This document shows positions 8,337 through 18,300 of a DNA stretch of 38,747 nt, in pieces. Source of the stretch: a virus; IMG/VR virus record IMGVR_UViG_3300000929_000001. One strand, written 5' to 3'. Numbering within the stretch: position 1 is the stretch's first letter; the number at the start of each line of letters is the position of its first letter. Under the pieces are notes generated by a model. That model did no database searches. It had not been told where the DNA came from and worked only from the letters and a program-made list of their open reading frames with translations. The translations under genes and the position numbers were made by a program.

Positions 8337-8515
8337 GCTTAGAGAACCTCAAAACCGCAGCCACCGGCCTCATCGGCAGCGCGACCTCCATCGGCGCTGC
8401 GGCGTACTCCCTCCTTCCGCACTTGGAAGCGGGGATGCGCCTCGCCTCGGTCACGGTCGGCCTCGCAGTCGGCCTCGCCACTTTGGTCAAAGTCCTCCGC
8501 GACCTCCGAAAGTAA
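8333..8515 (+). CDS. Small Gly/Ala-rich membrane protein
   Basis: 60 aa, ATGA overlap with the upstream stop, two hydrophobic segments (GLIGSATSIGAAAY, VTVGLAVGLATLV). It is an internal start within track ORF 8051..8515. Confidence 0.45.
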   Translation: MSLENLKTAATGLIGSATSIGAAAYSLLPHLEAGMRLASVTVGLAVGLATLVKVLRDLRK

Positions 8516-8518
8516 CAC

Positions 8519-11500
8519 ATGCCGAAATTCGACTTTTATCCAAGTTTTAACGCCGGTGAAGTCTCACCGATGGTGGACGCCCGCACGTCCTTGGATAAAT
8601 ATCGCTCGGCCTGCCGGACTCTGGAAAACTTCGTGATCATGCCCTACGGTGGGGCCATCCGCCGACCCGGCACGCAGTACATTGGCACGACGAAAACCTC
8701 GGACACGCAGAGTCGTTTGATCGGGTTCAACTTCTCGACCACGACACGCTTCGTGATCGAGCTTGGCGTAGGCTACCTGCGCGTCTGGAATCCCTCTGGT
8801 ACATTGCAGACTATTTCCGGGACAGCAACAGAACTCGCCACTCCGTATGCCGCCGTTGATCTGCGCGAAATCCAATACTGCCAGATCAACGACATCATGT
8901 ACTTCGCCCACGCGAACTACCCGCCTCGCAAACTCACTCGCGTGTCGGATACCAACTGGACGTTCGCGGAGGTCAAATTTGAGTACCCTCCGCTACTCGA
9001 TAGCTCGGAGAATCAGACGAAGTTGTATGCAAGTATGGGCATTTGGGGTTATAATTCTGCAAATAAATATTTAAAAGACGCATCGATTATACCCCCGCAA
9101 TGGCCACATATTGAAACTACTAAGACCGCCCTTCCAAATGCTTTAGCGGTATTGGTGGATGGGGTCTACTCTTTAGTATATGGTGGTAGCTACACGCATA
9201 CAAACAACACTTTAATAATAGATGGGCAGACTGCTTATGTAGGTATGTTGGTTCATGTTACAAAGGAATCCGCATCAGAAAATGGAGTATACATTGTTAC
9301 TCAACTTGGGACGAATTTGCAACCGTGGATTCTAAAGGAAACCTCCGCTTACAATGTTAATTATACTGCGGGCGACTTCATTTATATTAATCACGCCCTC
9401 ACTGGAGTGACTCAATCTAGAGTGTATAAGTGTACGGCATCTACAACTGGTCCGGTATTTGATGCGACAAAATGGACTGAGATTTCATCCACCTATACTT
9501 TTCGCGCACTAAAAGATTTTACTGCTACCACATTTAAAGCCGATATTGCCGCTGGCAATATTTCATCGCTCCCATTGGCATCCAACGAAATGGGAGAATT
9601 CATAACACAAGGTACGTTTCCATTCTCTGGGTATGTCGGATCGCAGATCGAACTCAAGTGGCAGAATTCCAACCTCTACAAGCAGATCGAAATCGTCGGC
9701 AACTTTGAATCCGACATCTTGCTTGTCGATGGGGCATGGGACTTTGAGACCTCTGGCACATGGGGAGCAATGGTCCAAATCCTGCGTGTGCCTGCCGAGG
9801 TCTTGCAGGCGGGAGTCAGTGTTGGCCTTGCGTACCCAGTTAACACCACGACCATAGAGGTCTATCAACCCAATCACGGCTACGATCTCGGCGACCGAGT
9901 GTCATTCAAAGGCGATTATAAACAGACAAACACCGCGATTTCTTCGGTTACCACGAACACCTATCGGTACTTCATTTCGCCAGCGACTACGCTCACTGGC
10001 TACCGTGATGTTTTTCCGGAGAATCTGAGTCAAATGGAAATCGTCCGCGAATACATCGTGGACAATGACAAAAATATCATCACAAGTGGAACGGAAGATA
10101 GTCTCTGTGGTCTCAAAATCGTTATCACCAACGCGCAAAAAATCGCCACCACATGGTCAATGTCAACTCCCTACAAAGTCGGCGACTTCGTCTACGATTC
10201 TGGCAAGACCTATTATTGCATGCTGGAGCATAAAGCCGCCAACGATCTGTATGACAATACGAAGTGGAAGGAGATCACAAGCGATGGTGAAGTTCCCTCA
10301 TTTTCCGCTACCCCAGCGTACGCTAACAAATTAGAGAACTGGAATTCTACTGACACTTACGCTTATGGAGACTATGTCCTCGATTCCGGCCAAACCAACA
10401 CAACCGGGGGATTGTGGCAGGCGAAAAAAGCGGTTCCAAAAAATACACCACTGTATCCAAATGACTATTGGGAAATGATGGATACAAGTCACTGGTTACC
10501 AAGTCAAGCTTATTTAGGAGGTAGCTACGTCAAGGTGCAAAACACGGATAAATATTTTATGGCACGGTATGACCTACCCGCAGCCAACAAAATTGATACC
10601 AACAAATTCACCACGCAACAGGTTCCAAATGCTCGCATCGATAGCTCAACCAATATCATCGGCGGGGTCGCGACCATCACCGCAGACAGCACTATCAACG
10701 TAGACAAGTGGCTCGGACCTCTCGCTGCCACTGGTGCAAAAACGAAATTCTGGCAGTACGGAGCCTTCAACGCGACGAGCGGTTACCCACGCTCGGTGTG
10801 CCTGCATGAGCAACGTCTCTGCTTCGGCGGAACCAAAGCGCAACCGAACACGATTTGGTGCAGTGCCATTGGCGACTTTGAAAACTTTGAACTCGGAGTC
10901 AATGCCAGCGATGCCGTGCAATTCACGCTCTCGGCCTCGGAAGGGAACCGCATCAACTGGATGTTCTCGCAATCCGAAATGCTCGTCGGAACATCCGGCG
11001 ACGAGTGGACCATTGGCGCAGCGGATTCCGCCTCGGCGCTCTCGGCCACGAACGTCAAGACCCGCAGGCAGGCTTCGTATGGATCGAAATACATGCGAGC
11101 CGCGATGGTCAACGATGTCCTGCTTTTCGTCCAACGCAACGGACGCAAGGTGCGCGAACTCGTCTACGAACTCAATAAGGACGGTTGGGTCGCTCCCGAT
11201 CTGACACTCCTAGCGGAACACATAACGGTCGGCGAGATCGTCGAGGTCGCGTACCAACAACAACCGGACGCCATCCTCTGGTGCGTGCGCGGAGACGGCA
11301 CGCTCATCGGCATGACCTACGAGCGAGACCAGAAGGTCGTGGGATGGCATCGGCACACCATCGGCGACAATGCTGATGTCGAGTCGGTCGCCACAATCTA
11401 CGGAAATGGCACGGAGGACGAGGTCTGGATGGTCGTGAAGCGCACCGTGACTGGCTCAACCTACCGCACCATCGAGCGGTTCCCTCTGCTGTGGCGAACC

Positions 11501-12013
11501 GCTTTCGACGACCAAACAACCACCTCATACCGCTACCTCGACGGGCATGTGGCATTTGCCTCTGGCGCTGCCAATCGCAGCGTAGCAGGTCTATATTACC
11601 TCAATGGCAAGACGGTCACCATCGTGCAAAATGGAGTACTCACCGGCACTGCTATCGTGTCTGGAGGAGCGGTCACCGTTCCCCAAGCCGCCGCAGGCTA
11701 TGTCGGACTGCCCTACATCTCGACCCTCACGCCCATGAAACTCGACATGGACCTAGAAGACGGGTCATCCCAAGGCCGCAAGAAGCGCATCCACAAGGTC
11801 GTCGTCCGCACGCTCAAAAGCCAAGGCGGCGAAGTGCGGGTCAATGCCGGGCAGTGGTACGACCTCGCCAGCACCCTCACCACGGGAGATCAAAAAATCT
11901 TGACGGCAGGCACGTTTGGATTCGACGCCGATGTTTCTGTCCAGCAAAGTGACCCCTATCCAATGTGTATTCTCGCCATCGAACCTGTCTGGGACACCTA
12001 CGGAAATGAATAG
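8519..12013 (+). CDS. Large tail protein, probable nozzle / tail tubular protein B analogue, with inserted CBM5/12-like repeats
   Basis: 1164 aa. It occupies the position expected for a gp12 analogue, before the internal virion proteins. N-terminus FNAGEVSPMVDARTSLDKYRSACRTLENF...GGAIRRPGTQY. The central AT-rich segment carries four W/Y..Y..GD(F/Y)V...W motifs. Confidence 0.5.
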   Translation: MPKFDFYPSFNAGEVSPMVDARTSLDKYRSACRTLENFVIMPYGGAIRRPGTQYIGTTKTSDTQSRLIGFNFSTTTRFVIELGVGYLRVWNPSGTLQTISGTATELATPYAAVDLREIQYCQINDIMYFAHANYPPRKLTRVSDTNWTFAEVKFEYPPLLDSSENQTKLYASMGIWGYNSANKYLKDASIIPPQWPHIETTKTALPNALAVLVDGVYSLVYGGSYTHTNNTLIIDGQTAYVGMLVHVTKESASENGVYIVTQLGTNLQPWILKETSAYNVNYTAGDFIYINHALTGVTQSRVYKCTASTTGPVFDATKWTEISSTYTFRALKDFTATTFKADIAAGNISSLPLASNEMGEFITQGTFPFSGYVGSQIELKWQNSNLYKQIEIVGNFESDILLVDGAWDFETSGTWGAMVQILRVPAEVLQAGVSVGLAYPVNTTTIEVYQPNHGYDLGDRVSFKGDYKQTNTAISSVTTNTYRYFISPATTLTGYRDVFPENLSQMEIVREYIVDNDKNIITSGTEDSLCGLKIVITNAQKIATTWSMSTPYKVGDFVYDSGKTYYCMLEHKAANDLYDNTKWKEITSDGEVPSFSATPAYANKLENWNSTDTYAYGDYVLDSGQTNTTGGLWQAKKAVPKNTPLYPNDYWEMMDTSHWLPSQAYLGGSYVKVQNTDKYFMARYDLPAANKIDTNKFTTQQVPNARIDSSTNIIGGVATITADSTINVDKWLGPLAATGAKTKFWQYGAFNATSGYPRSVCLHEQRLCFGGTKAQPNTIWCSAIGDFENFELGVNASDAVQFTLSASEGNRINWMFSQSEMLVGTSGDEWTIGAADSASALSATNVKTRRQASYGSKYMRAAMVNDVLLFVQRNGRKVRELVYELNKDGWVAPDLTLLAEHITVGEIVEVAYQQQPDAILWCVRGDGTLIGMTYERDQKVVGWHRHTIGDNADVESVATIYGNGTEDEVWMVVKRTVTGSTYRTIERFPLLWRTAFDDQTTTSYRYLDGHVAFASGAANRSVAGLYYLNGKTVTIVQNGVLTGTAIVSGGAVTVPQAAAGYVGLPYISTLTPMKLDMDLEDGSSQGRKKRIHKVVVRTLKSQGGEVRVNAGQWYDLASTLTTGDQKILTAGTFGFDADVSVQQSDPYPMCILAIEPVWDTYGNE

Positions 12014-12428
12014 CATTCACATGAGACCCTACCTCGATTCCGACTATGAGATGCTCTCGCAGTGGTGGCACGCACATGGGAAGCAACGCCGACCACAGCA
12101 AATGCTTCCCAAATGTGGAGTCGTGTGCGAACTCGATGGGAAGCCTGTCAGCGCCCTCTTCCTTCACATGGACAACTCCTGCGGAATGTGCATGGCAGAC
12201 CACGCTGTTTCTGCTCCAAGATTAAATTTAAAGACAGCAAGGATTGCATTTCAGAACTGCGTAGATTGCATAAAGAAAATCGCTCACGATCTTGGTTACC
12301 ACACTATAGCAATCACGACTTACGCTGGCATTGCTCGCATTTTGAAAAAGAGGGGATTTGTTGAGATCAGTGCAGACCAAGTTGCTCTAATAAACTCCAC
12401 CAAAGAGTTTGAGGAGGATTACCAATGA
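12006..12428 (+). CDS. GNAT-fold acetyltransferase-like protein
   Basis: About 140 aa. The pattern V-x-P...(helix)...A..LGY..I.I......A..ILKKRGF resembles the GNAT core. The start could be 12006 or 12021. It overlaps the stop of the upstream gene. Confidence 0.4.
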   Translation: MNSIHMRPYLDSDYEMLSQWWHAHGKQRRPQQMLPKCGVVCELDGKPVSALFLHMDNSCGMCMADHAVSAPRLNLKTARIAFQNCVDCIKKIAHDLGYHTIAITTYAGIARILKKRGFVEISADQVALINSTKEFEEDYQ

Positions 12429-13273
12429 CAGGAACTGAAGGTCTTTGGGTTTATGCTGCTGTATCCGCTGCCGCCGCAGTCGCTGGGGCTGGCGTCTCGA
12501 TCTATTCTGCCAACGAGCAGTCTCGCGCCCAAGCCGCAATGGCCGAGTACAACCGCATGGCTGCGGAGCAGAATGCCTCATGGCAGCGCCTCGCCGGGGA
12601 ACGTGCCGCGCAGGCCGAACAATTTAACGCACAGATAGCCGGATTCAACGCAGACGCGCAGGGTCAGCAGGCGCAGATGAACCGGCAGATGCTCGGTCAG
12701 CAAAGCGATCAACTGCGAGCGCAGGCGACCGCGCAAGACGCGCAAGCCCGCGACCAAGCAGGCCGCATCCGCGCCGAGAAGGATCGCATCCTCGGTCTCC
12801 AACGCAGCCAGTTCGCCGCAGGCGGCGTCACCCCGGAAGGCTCGCCTCTTGCTGTTTTGGCTGATACCGCCAACCTCTACGAAATGCAGGTCAACGACAC
12901 GAAGCTCCTCGCCAATCTGGAGACCAACAAGAAACGCCGCGAGGCCGGACTCAACGACATCATCGGCGACTTCAATTTCAACGCAGATACCTTCGCCTCG
13001 GTGATGAGTTCCAAGGCCGCAAAGTTGAGCTTGGACGATGCGAAGTTCGCCGAGGAGGCCGCAGGCGCAGGCTACAGAATCAATCTTCGCCAAGCCGACA
13101 TCGAACAACGCGCAGGTATGTCCCAATCGCGTGGCACTCTGATGGCAGGCTACGGGTCGGCACTCAGCAACATATCCCAAGCCGGGTACTACGGATCGCA
13201 GGCCGCAGGCGGGTATTCGTCCGGTGGTGGAAACGGCAAAGGTAAAGACACATCAAAAGGGACAGCCAAATAA
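12425..13273 (+). CDS. Internal virion / ejection protein (gp14-like position)
   Basis: 282 aa with an N-terminal hydrophobic helix (WVYAAVSAAAAVAGAGVSIY), then a Q/A-rich coiled coil. ATGA overlap. Confidence 0.5.
   Translation: MTGTEGLWVYAAVSAAAAVAGAGVSIYSANEQSRAQAAMAEYNRMAAEQNASWQRLAGERAAQAEQFNAQIAGFNADAQGQQAQMNRQMLGQQSDQLRAQATAQDAQARDQAGRIRAEKDRILGLQRSQFAAGGVTPEGSPLAVLADTANLYEMQVNDTKLLANLETNKKRREAGLNDIIGDFNFNADTFASVMSSKAAKLSLDDAKFAEEAAGAGYRINLRQADIEQRAGMSQSRGTLMAGYGSALSNISQAGYYGSQAAGGYSSGGGNGKGKDTSKGTAK
12854..12867 (+). repeat. Motif copy (variant GTTTTGGCTGATAC)
   Basis: Inside ORF 12425, read as V-L-A-D-T. Confidence 0.6.
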
Positions 13274-13275
13274 CC

Positions 13276-15312
13276 ATGCCATCCATCCGACTCGCCGATA
13301 TTCCAAATGCAGGCCCGCAAGGTGTCGCTCCCGACAGCGGCATCATCGCGCCTCGCGTAGCCCAACTCGGCGGGTCCGCAGCCCTTGACCCCAACGCCAT
13401 GCGCGGGGTCGCCAAGGACATGCAGCTGGAGAAGTACAACCTCAACGCATTTGCGGGCGAGGCCATCGGTCTTGGCAAGATCGGAGACGCCATGAGCGAT
13501 GTGGCTACCCTCGGCATCCGCTTCGCGACGAAGATGGCCGATGCGAAGGACGATGCCGACTTTGAGAAGGGACGCAACATCCTCGCCGCTGCCGCGCAGC
13601 AGCAGGAGAACGACCACCAGAATCTCTCGCCCGAAGAGTGGGGAAGCAACTTTGACAAACTCAACAAGGGGGTCCAAACAGATATGGAAAAGCTGGGCTT
13701 CTCCAAGTCTGGCCGAGCCAAGTTTGAGGCGTACCGTTCAAACTGGGCGAATCAAACAGCACTCAAAATCACTGGCATGGCCAACAAGGAAAAGATCGAG
13801 GGATACAAGCAGGATGCCAAGATCGGAGTCGAACGCGAACTTGCGCTAGGCAACGAGCAGGGAGCCTTTGAGATCGTCAACAAGTTCAGAACGAACGGGA
13901 CGCTCGGCGAGCGAGATGCCAAAGATTTAGAGGGTCATATAATAGTTCGCTCAATCAACATCGCCGAGCAACGCCAGACCGATGTGGTAACTGCGGATAC
14001 TTTAGCAGATTGGACCAAGGCCAAGGCCAACCTCGATCAATACAAGGTCGAGAAGGTGGATGAGAAAACCCCGGACGCTAGAATCGATGGACCCTACGGA
14101 GAGATGCGTGCGACCAAGGTGAAGCGACTCATTGCCGAGGTGGACCGCCAAGGTAAATATGCCGAGGCGACCAACTACAACACGCTCGCCCAAGCCATCG
14201 ACAGCAACACGCCGGTGCGACTCAAGAACGGCAGCGAGATTCTCATTACGGATGAAAGCATGCTCGGCCAAGCTACTGCCGACATCAAGGTCACCGATCC
14301 TTCCGCACTCAAGCGCCTTCGCCTGCTTGTCTCCGACAATGTCCCATACCGCCCGGACGCTGTCTCTGCCGTGAATGCGCGTCTCGCAAACTACGATCCC
14401 TCGACCGATCCGAAGATGACCGAGTTCAACGCGATCTCAAATGATATCGTCTCCAATGTTCCAAAAAACCTACGTAGCGTCATGAACAACGATCTCACCT
14501 CGGCATGGACGAAATTCAGCAAGGATGGGACACTCAACCCAAAGACCAAGTGGCAGGGGGAAATGATCTCGCAGATCAATGAACTCGGCAAAAATGGCGT
14601 CCTCGGTGACATGGGAACTGAGAAAGATAGCAATGATCTCTTCACGGGCAAAATCAAAGACCAGACAAAATACGACACTTACTGGAACAAGGTTTACAAT
14701 CTTCAAGGCGAGATGCGTGACTGGTTTTCTGATCCTGCTAACAAAGGCAAATCTCCCGAAGATGCCCGCGCTTATCTGAATGGTCGGATCAGAGGCCCAG
14801 TCCAAGATGCGGCCATGAAAGATGGGGCGCGGCTCAAGCCAGAATCAATGAGGTTTTCAGTGCCGGTCGGCACAGGCGGACTCTATAATGCTCCAGTTCC
14901 AAGCCCAACTCCAACAAATCCAACTGACCTCATTAAAAAGAGTCGTGAGATTAAAGCCGAAGGCAAAGTTACGAGCTACAATTTCAAAGGCGATGCCTAC
15001 TCGGATTCTAATTCGCGTGCCGGTATCGGGGCATGGAACAACAAGCTCACCGAAACATCGCTCGCCATCTCACCCGATATCGAAAGCAAATTCAAAGCCG
15101 CAGGAATTGGAAAGGGCGACCCCGTGGAACTCACTCTTGCGGATGGGTCCACCGTCATTCGCAACTGGGATGACCGCACCATGCAGGACAAGCAAGCCAT
15201 CAGCAAATATGGCAAACCTCTCACTGGTCGCTTCGACTTCCATTCTCCGGGAGGAAAACAAAAGAATGATGGCATGGCCGTCCTGTCCTTCCGTAAAGCA
15301 CCCAACGCTTAA
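13276..15312 (+). CDS. Internal virion protein with C-terminal 3D/RlpA-like (double-psi beta-barrel) putative peptidoglycan-lytic domain
   Basis: 678 aa. The C-terminus reads VTSYNFKGDAYSDSNSRAGIGAWNNKLTETSLAISPDIESKF...GDPVELTLADGSTVIRNWDDRT...GRFDFHSPGG. It sits in the gp15-like position. Confidence 0.45.
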   Translation: MPSIRLADIPNAGPQGVAPDSGIIAPRVAQLGGSAALDPNAMRGVAKDMQLEKYNLNAFAGEAIGLGKIGDAMSDVATLGIRFATKMADAKDDADFEKGRNILAAAAQQQENDHQNLSPEEWGSNFDKLNKGVQTDMEKLGFSKSGRAKFEAYRSNWANQTALKITGMANKEKIEGYKQDAKIGVERELALGNEQGAFEIVNKFRTNGTLGERDAKDLEGHIIVRSINIAEQRQTDVVTADTLADWTKAKANLDQYKVEKVDEKTPDARIDGPYGEMRATKVKRLIAEVDRQGKYAEATNYNTLAQAIDSNTPVRLKNGSEILITDESMLGQATADIKVTDPSALKRLRLLVSDNVPYRPDAVSAVNARLANYDPSTDPKMTEFNAISNDIVSNVPKNLRSVMNNDLTSAWTKFSKDGTLNPKTKWQGEMISQINELGKNGVLGDMGTEKDSNDLFTGKIKDQTKYDTYWNKVYNLQGEMRDWFSDPANKGKSPEDARAYLNGRIRGPVQDAAMKDGARLKPESMRFSVPVGTGGLYNAPVPSPTPTNPTDLIKKSREIKAEGKVTSYNFKGDAYSDSNSRAGIGAWNNKLTETSLAISPDIESKFKAAGIGKGDPVELTLADGSTVIRNWDDRTMQDKQAISKYGKPLTGRFDFHSPGGKQKNDGMAVLSFRKAPNA

Positions 15313-15318
15313 TTTTAC

Positions 15319-18300
15319 ATGATCGAAATCAACGACGACGAGACAGCTTCACGCATCTACACCGAAATCGACAATGCTACAGGAGATGAGCGGATGCAGA
15401 TGGCAGATGCTCTTGGAAAATACGGAGAGAAAAAACTACAAGAGGAATACAACACCAATGATGAGCATTACTCAAAAATGTTCATGGATGATGCCTACAA
15501 CCAAGAATACAAAGGCCGATCCACGGCCATCAAAGAGGCAGTCAATCCAGATGAGACGTGGCAGCGCGGGACGATTCAAGGCTACCTTTCCCACCGACTA
15601 GGACGAGATGTCACCGCTGACAATTACGAGATCGAGAGAGATGCATTTTCGATGTCCGCTTTCGGTCAGAAGAATATCAACGATGGTCAACTTTTTGATA
15701 ATATCAAAGGCGACTACGAGTGGCAGCAAAAGAAGACTGAGGCACTCAACGACCTCCACATGCAGTCGGTCGGCAAGGCGATCAATGATTCCCAGCTAGG
15801 TCAGAATCGCCCCTTCGTGGACGGCATGACCGATGTCTTCAATACATGGCAGCAAAAGTATCCAGAGCTTGTGGACGGAACGAATGATGCCGCCTTCCTC
15901 TCGCAGGGATACAAGCTCTACTACGACACGATCAATGACCTGGACTCCGTGCGCCCGCAGGCCGCGCAGACGCTCACCACGCTGGAGAAGTTCACCAAAG
16001 GCGAGTCCGATCCAGAGGCGCTGCAAACCCTCTCCAATACGCTCATCGGAGCATCTCCCGAAGAACGTCAGAAAATCTACAAGTATGTGACCCTTGCCGC
16101 AGAGGCAGGCCAAATCGACCTCGCCGGGCTAGATCAATTTGCCCTCAACATGGGGCAAGCCTTCACCCGTGGGTTTGATTTCGTCCCGCAGGGTTCGCTC
16201 CAGATGCAGGAGGCTGGCGTCAACAACTGGTTGGAGTCCATTCGCAACGGAACGCAAATCTGGGTTCCAGTCGATGGCGACCTTTCCAAAGCAGAAGTCG
16301 GCAATGCTCCCGCAGGGGTCGAATCCGATGCATGGCGGCAGGCTACCGTCCCGGAGGCCGAGACCCTCATCCAGAGCGGTCAGAATGTGCGTGAGGGATT
16401 CAAGGTCGTGCGTGAACTCCGCAATGTGGCCAAGACCGGCGTCGATCCGATACGCCCCGTGCTGGAGGAGAATTCCTTCTGGGGAACCGCCGAGCGTGGC
16501 GCATACGGATTGGCAGGCAGCATCGCTCCCATGGCGGCGACTGCCGTGAATCCGTTCCTCGGCGCTCTCGCCTACCAAGCAACCGAGTACGACCGCATCA
16601 TGCTGGAGAACTCGGACATCAACCCGCAGTTCGCCCAAGGTCTCGCGCTAGTCGAGGGTGTCGCAAATGCCGCCATCGACCGGGTGCAGTTGAAAAGCCT
16701 TTCTGGCAAGCTTCCCATGTTTGGCCGATACCTCGACCGGATCAAAAGCGATGGCATCCGCCGCACCGTCAAGATCGGAGCTAATGTCGTGGAGCAGAAC
16801 TTGCAGGAGGGCGCTCAAGACCTCATCGCCCCCGTGCTGGAGACCGCCGTTGCCGCCCTCCGCGAGGACATGCCCGACAAGGATTTCTCCTCCCTCATGG
16901 AAGGTTGGGCAGGCCAGCGGGCCGAGACCTTCTTCGCCACCCTCCCGCTCGCACTCATCGGTGGCGGTGTCGCCTCCTTCCGCGATATCAAGCACCCGTC
17001 TGCCGAACTCAACGCGACCAAGCTTCGCATGGCGGGATTCAGCCCAGAGCAAACCACCTTCATCCAGCGAGCCGAGAACCCGGAAGAGTACGATGCTCGC
17101 ATCCAGATGGAGTTTCCGAACCGCACTCCAGAGAACATTCAAGCTGGCGAGGAACTCATCCAGCAATCGATTTCGGAGGCACAAACCCCGCCAGAGAATA
17201 GCGCCAAGCTGGAAGAGACCGTGGCCAAGGACGGCACTCGCATGTGGACCGTCACCACGCCGGACGGCAAGGAACTCCTCCAGACCAAAGACCAGCAGGC
17301 CGCACTCGTAGCTATCCGCGAGCATAACGGGGCGCAGATTCTCAATAAGCAGTTCGAGACGCAATACGAACCAGAAGAACTCCGGCAGATGATCACTGAC
17401 CTGTCCACCCAATGGACATCGGAGAAACCCGGCAATACGCTCGCCATGGAATCCGAAGGCATGAACGCCCAGCAAGAGCTTGAGCAACTCCAAGCCGCAG
17501 GCAACGCATCGCAGATTCAAGAACTCCACAACCGGATCGCGAATTCCCCGATGAAGGACACGCCTTACGAGCAGATCAACATCCTCGGCAAAGCCAGCGT
17601 GGACGATGTCGCGGAGATGGTTTTCGGGTCACTCATCACGATTAACCCCAACACCCGCCCGGAGAACCTCCGCGAGGAAATCCACCACATCGGCGTCAAG
17701 GTTGCGATCAAGAATGGCAGCGTCACACTCGACACCTTGCGCGGGTGGCTCGACGCGACCGAAAAAGCCCTGCCGGGAACCTTTCAGAACCTTGTCCGAG
17801 ATTCGGAAGGTGACATCGTCGAATCGCTTTCCCAAGTCCAAGCTGCTTACGAGAACGGCAAAATCAACGCCGACGAGGAAACCAAGCTCCCGCCTTCGTT
17901 CATTGGTTACATCAAAAACATGATGCGAACTTTCGCCGAGGTCATGCGCCGAGCAGTCGCCCTGCGCGGAGCATTTAAGGACGGCGCTCTGCCTGCGGAA
18001 TACGAATCCTTCCTCGCCGACTCGGTCGGCCTCAACCAGCAGGCACGGGTCGATACCGCAAGCCAGCGTGTCGCCGGGGATGTTTTGGCTGATACCGATG
18101 GCAAGGTGGTTTTCTCCCGCGCCCAAGCTCAGACCAACGCAGGCGAAATCCGCGCCAGCAACGCCACGATCACCGGCCCCGCGAACTACAGCATTGCCGC
18201 ACACCACGGCACGCCGCACAAGGTGGACAAGTTCAGCACCGCAAAGATCGGCACAGGCGAAGGAGCGCAGGCTTATGGCTGGGGGCTTTATTTTGCTGAA

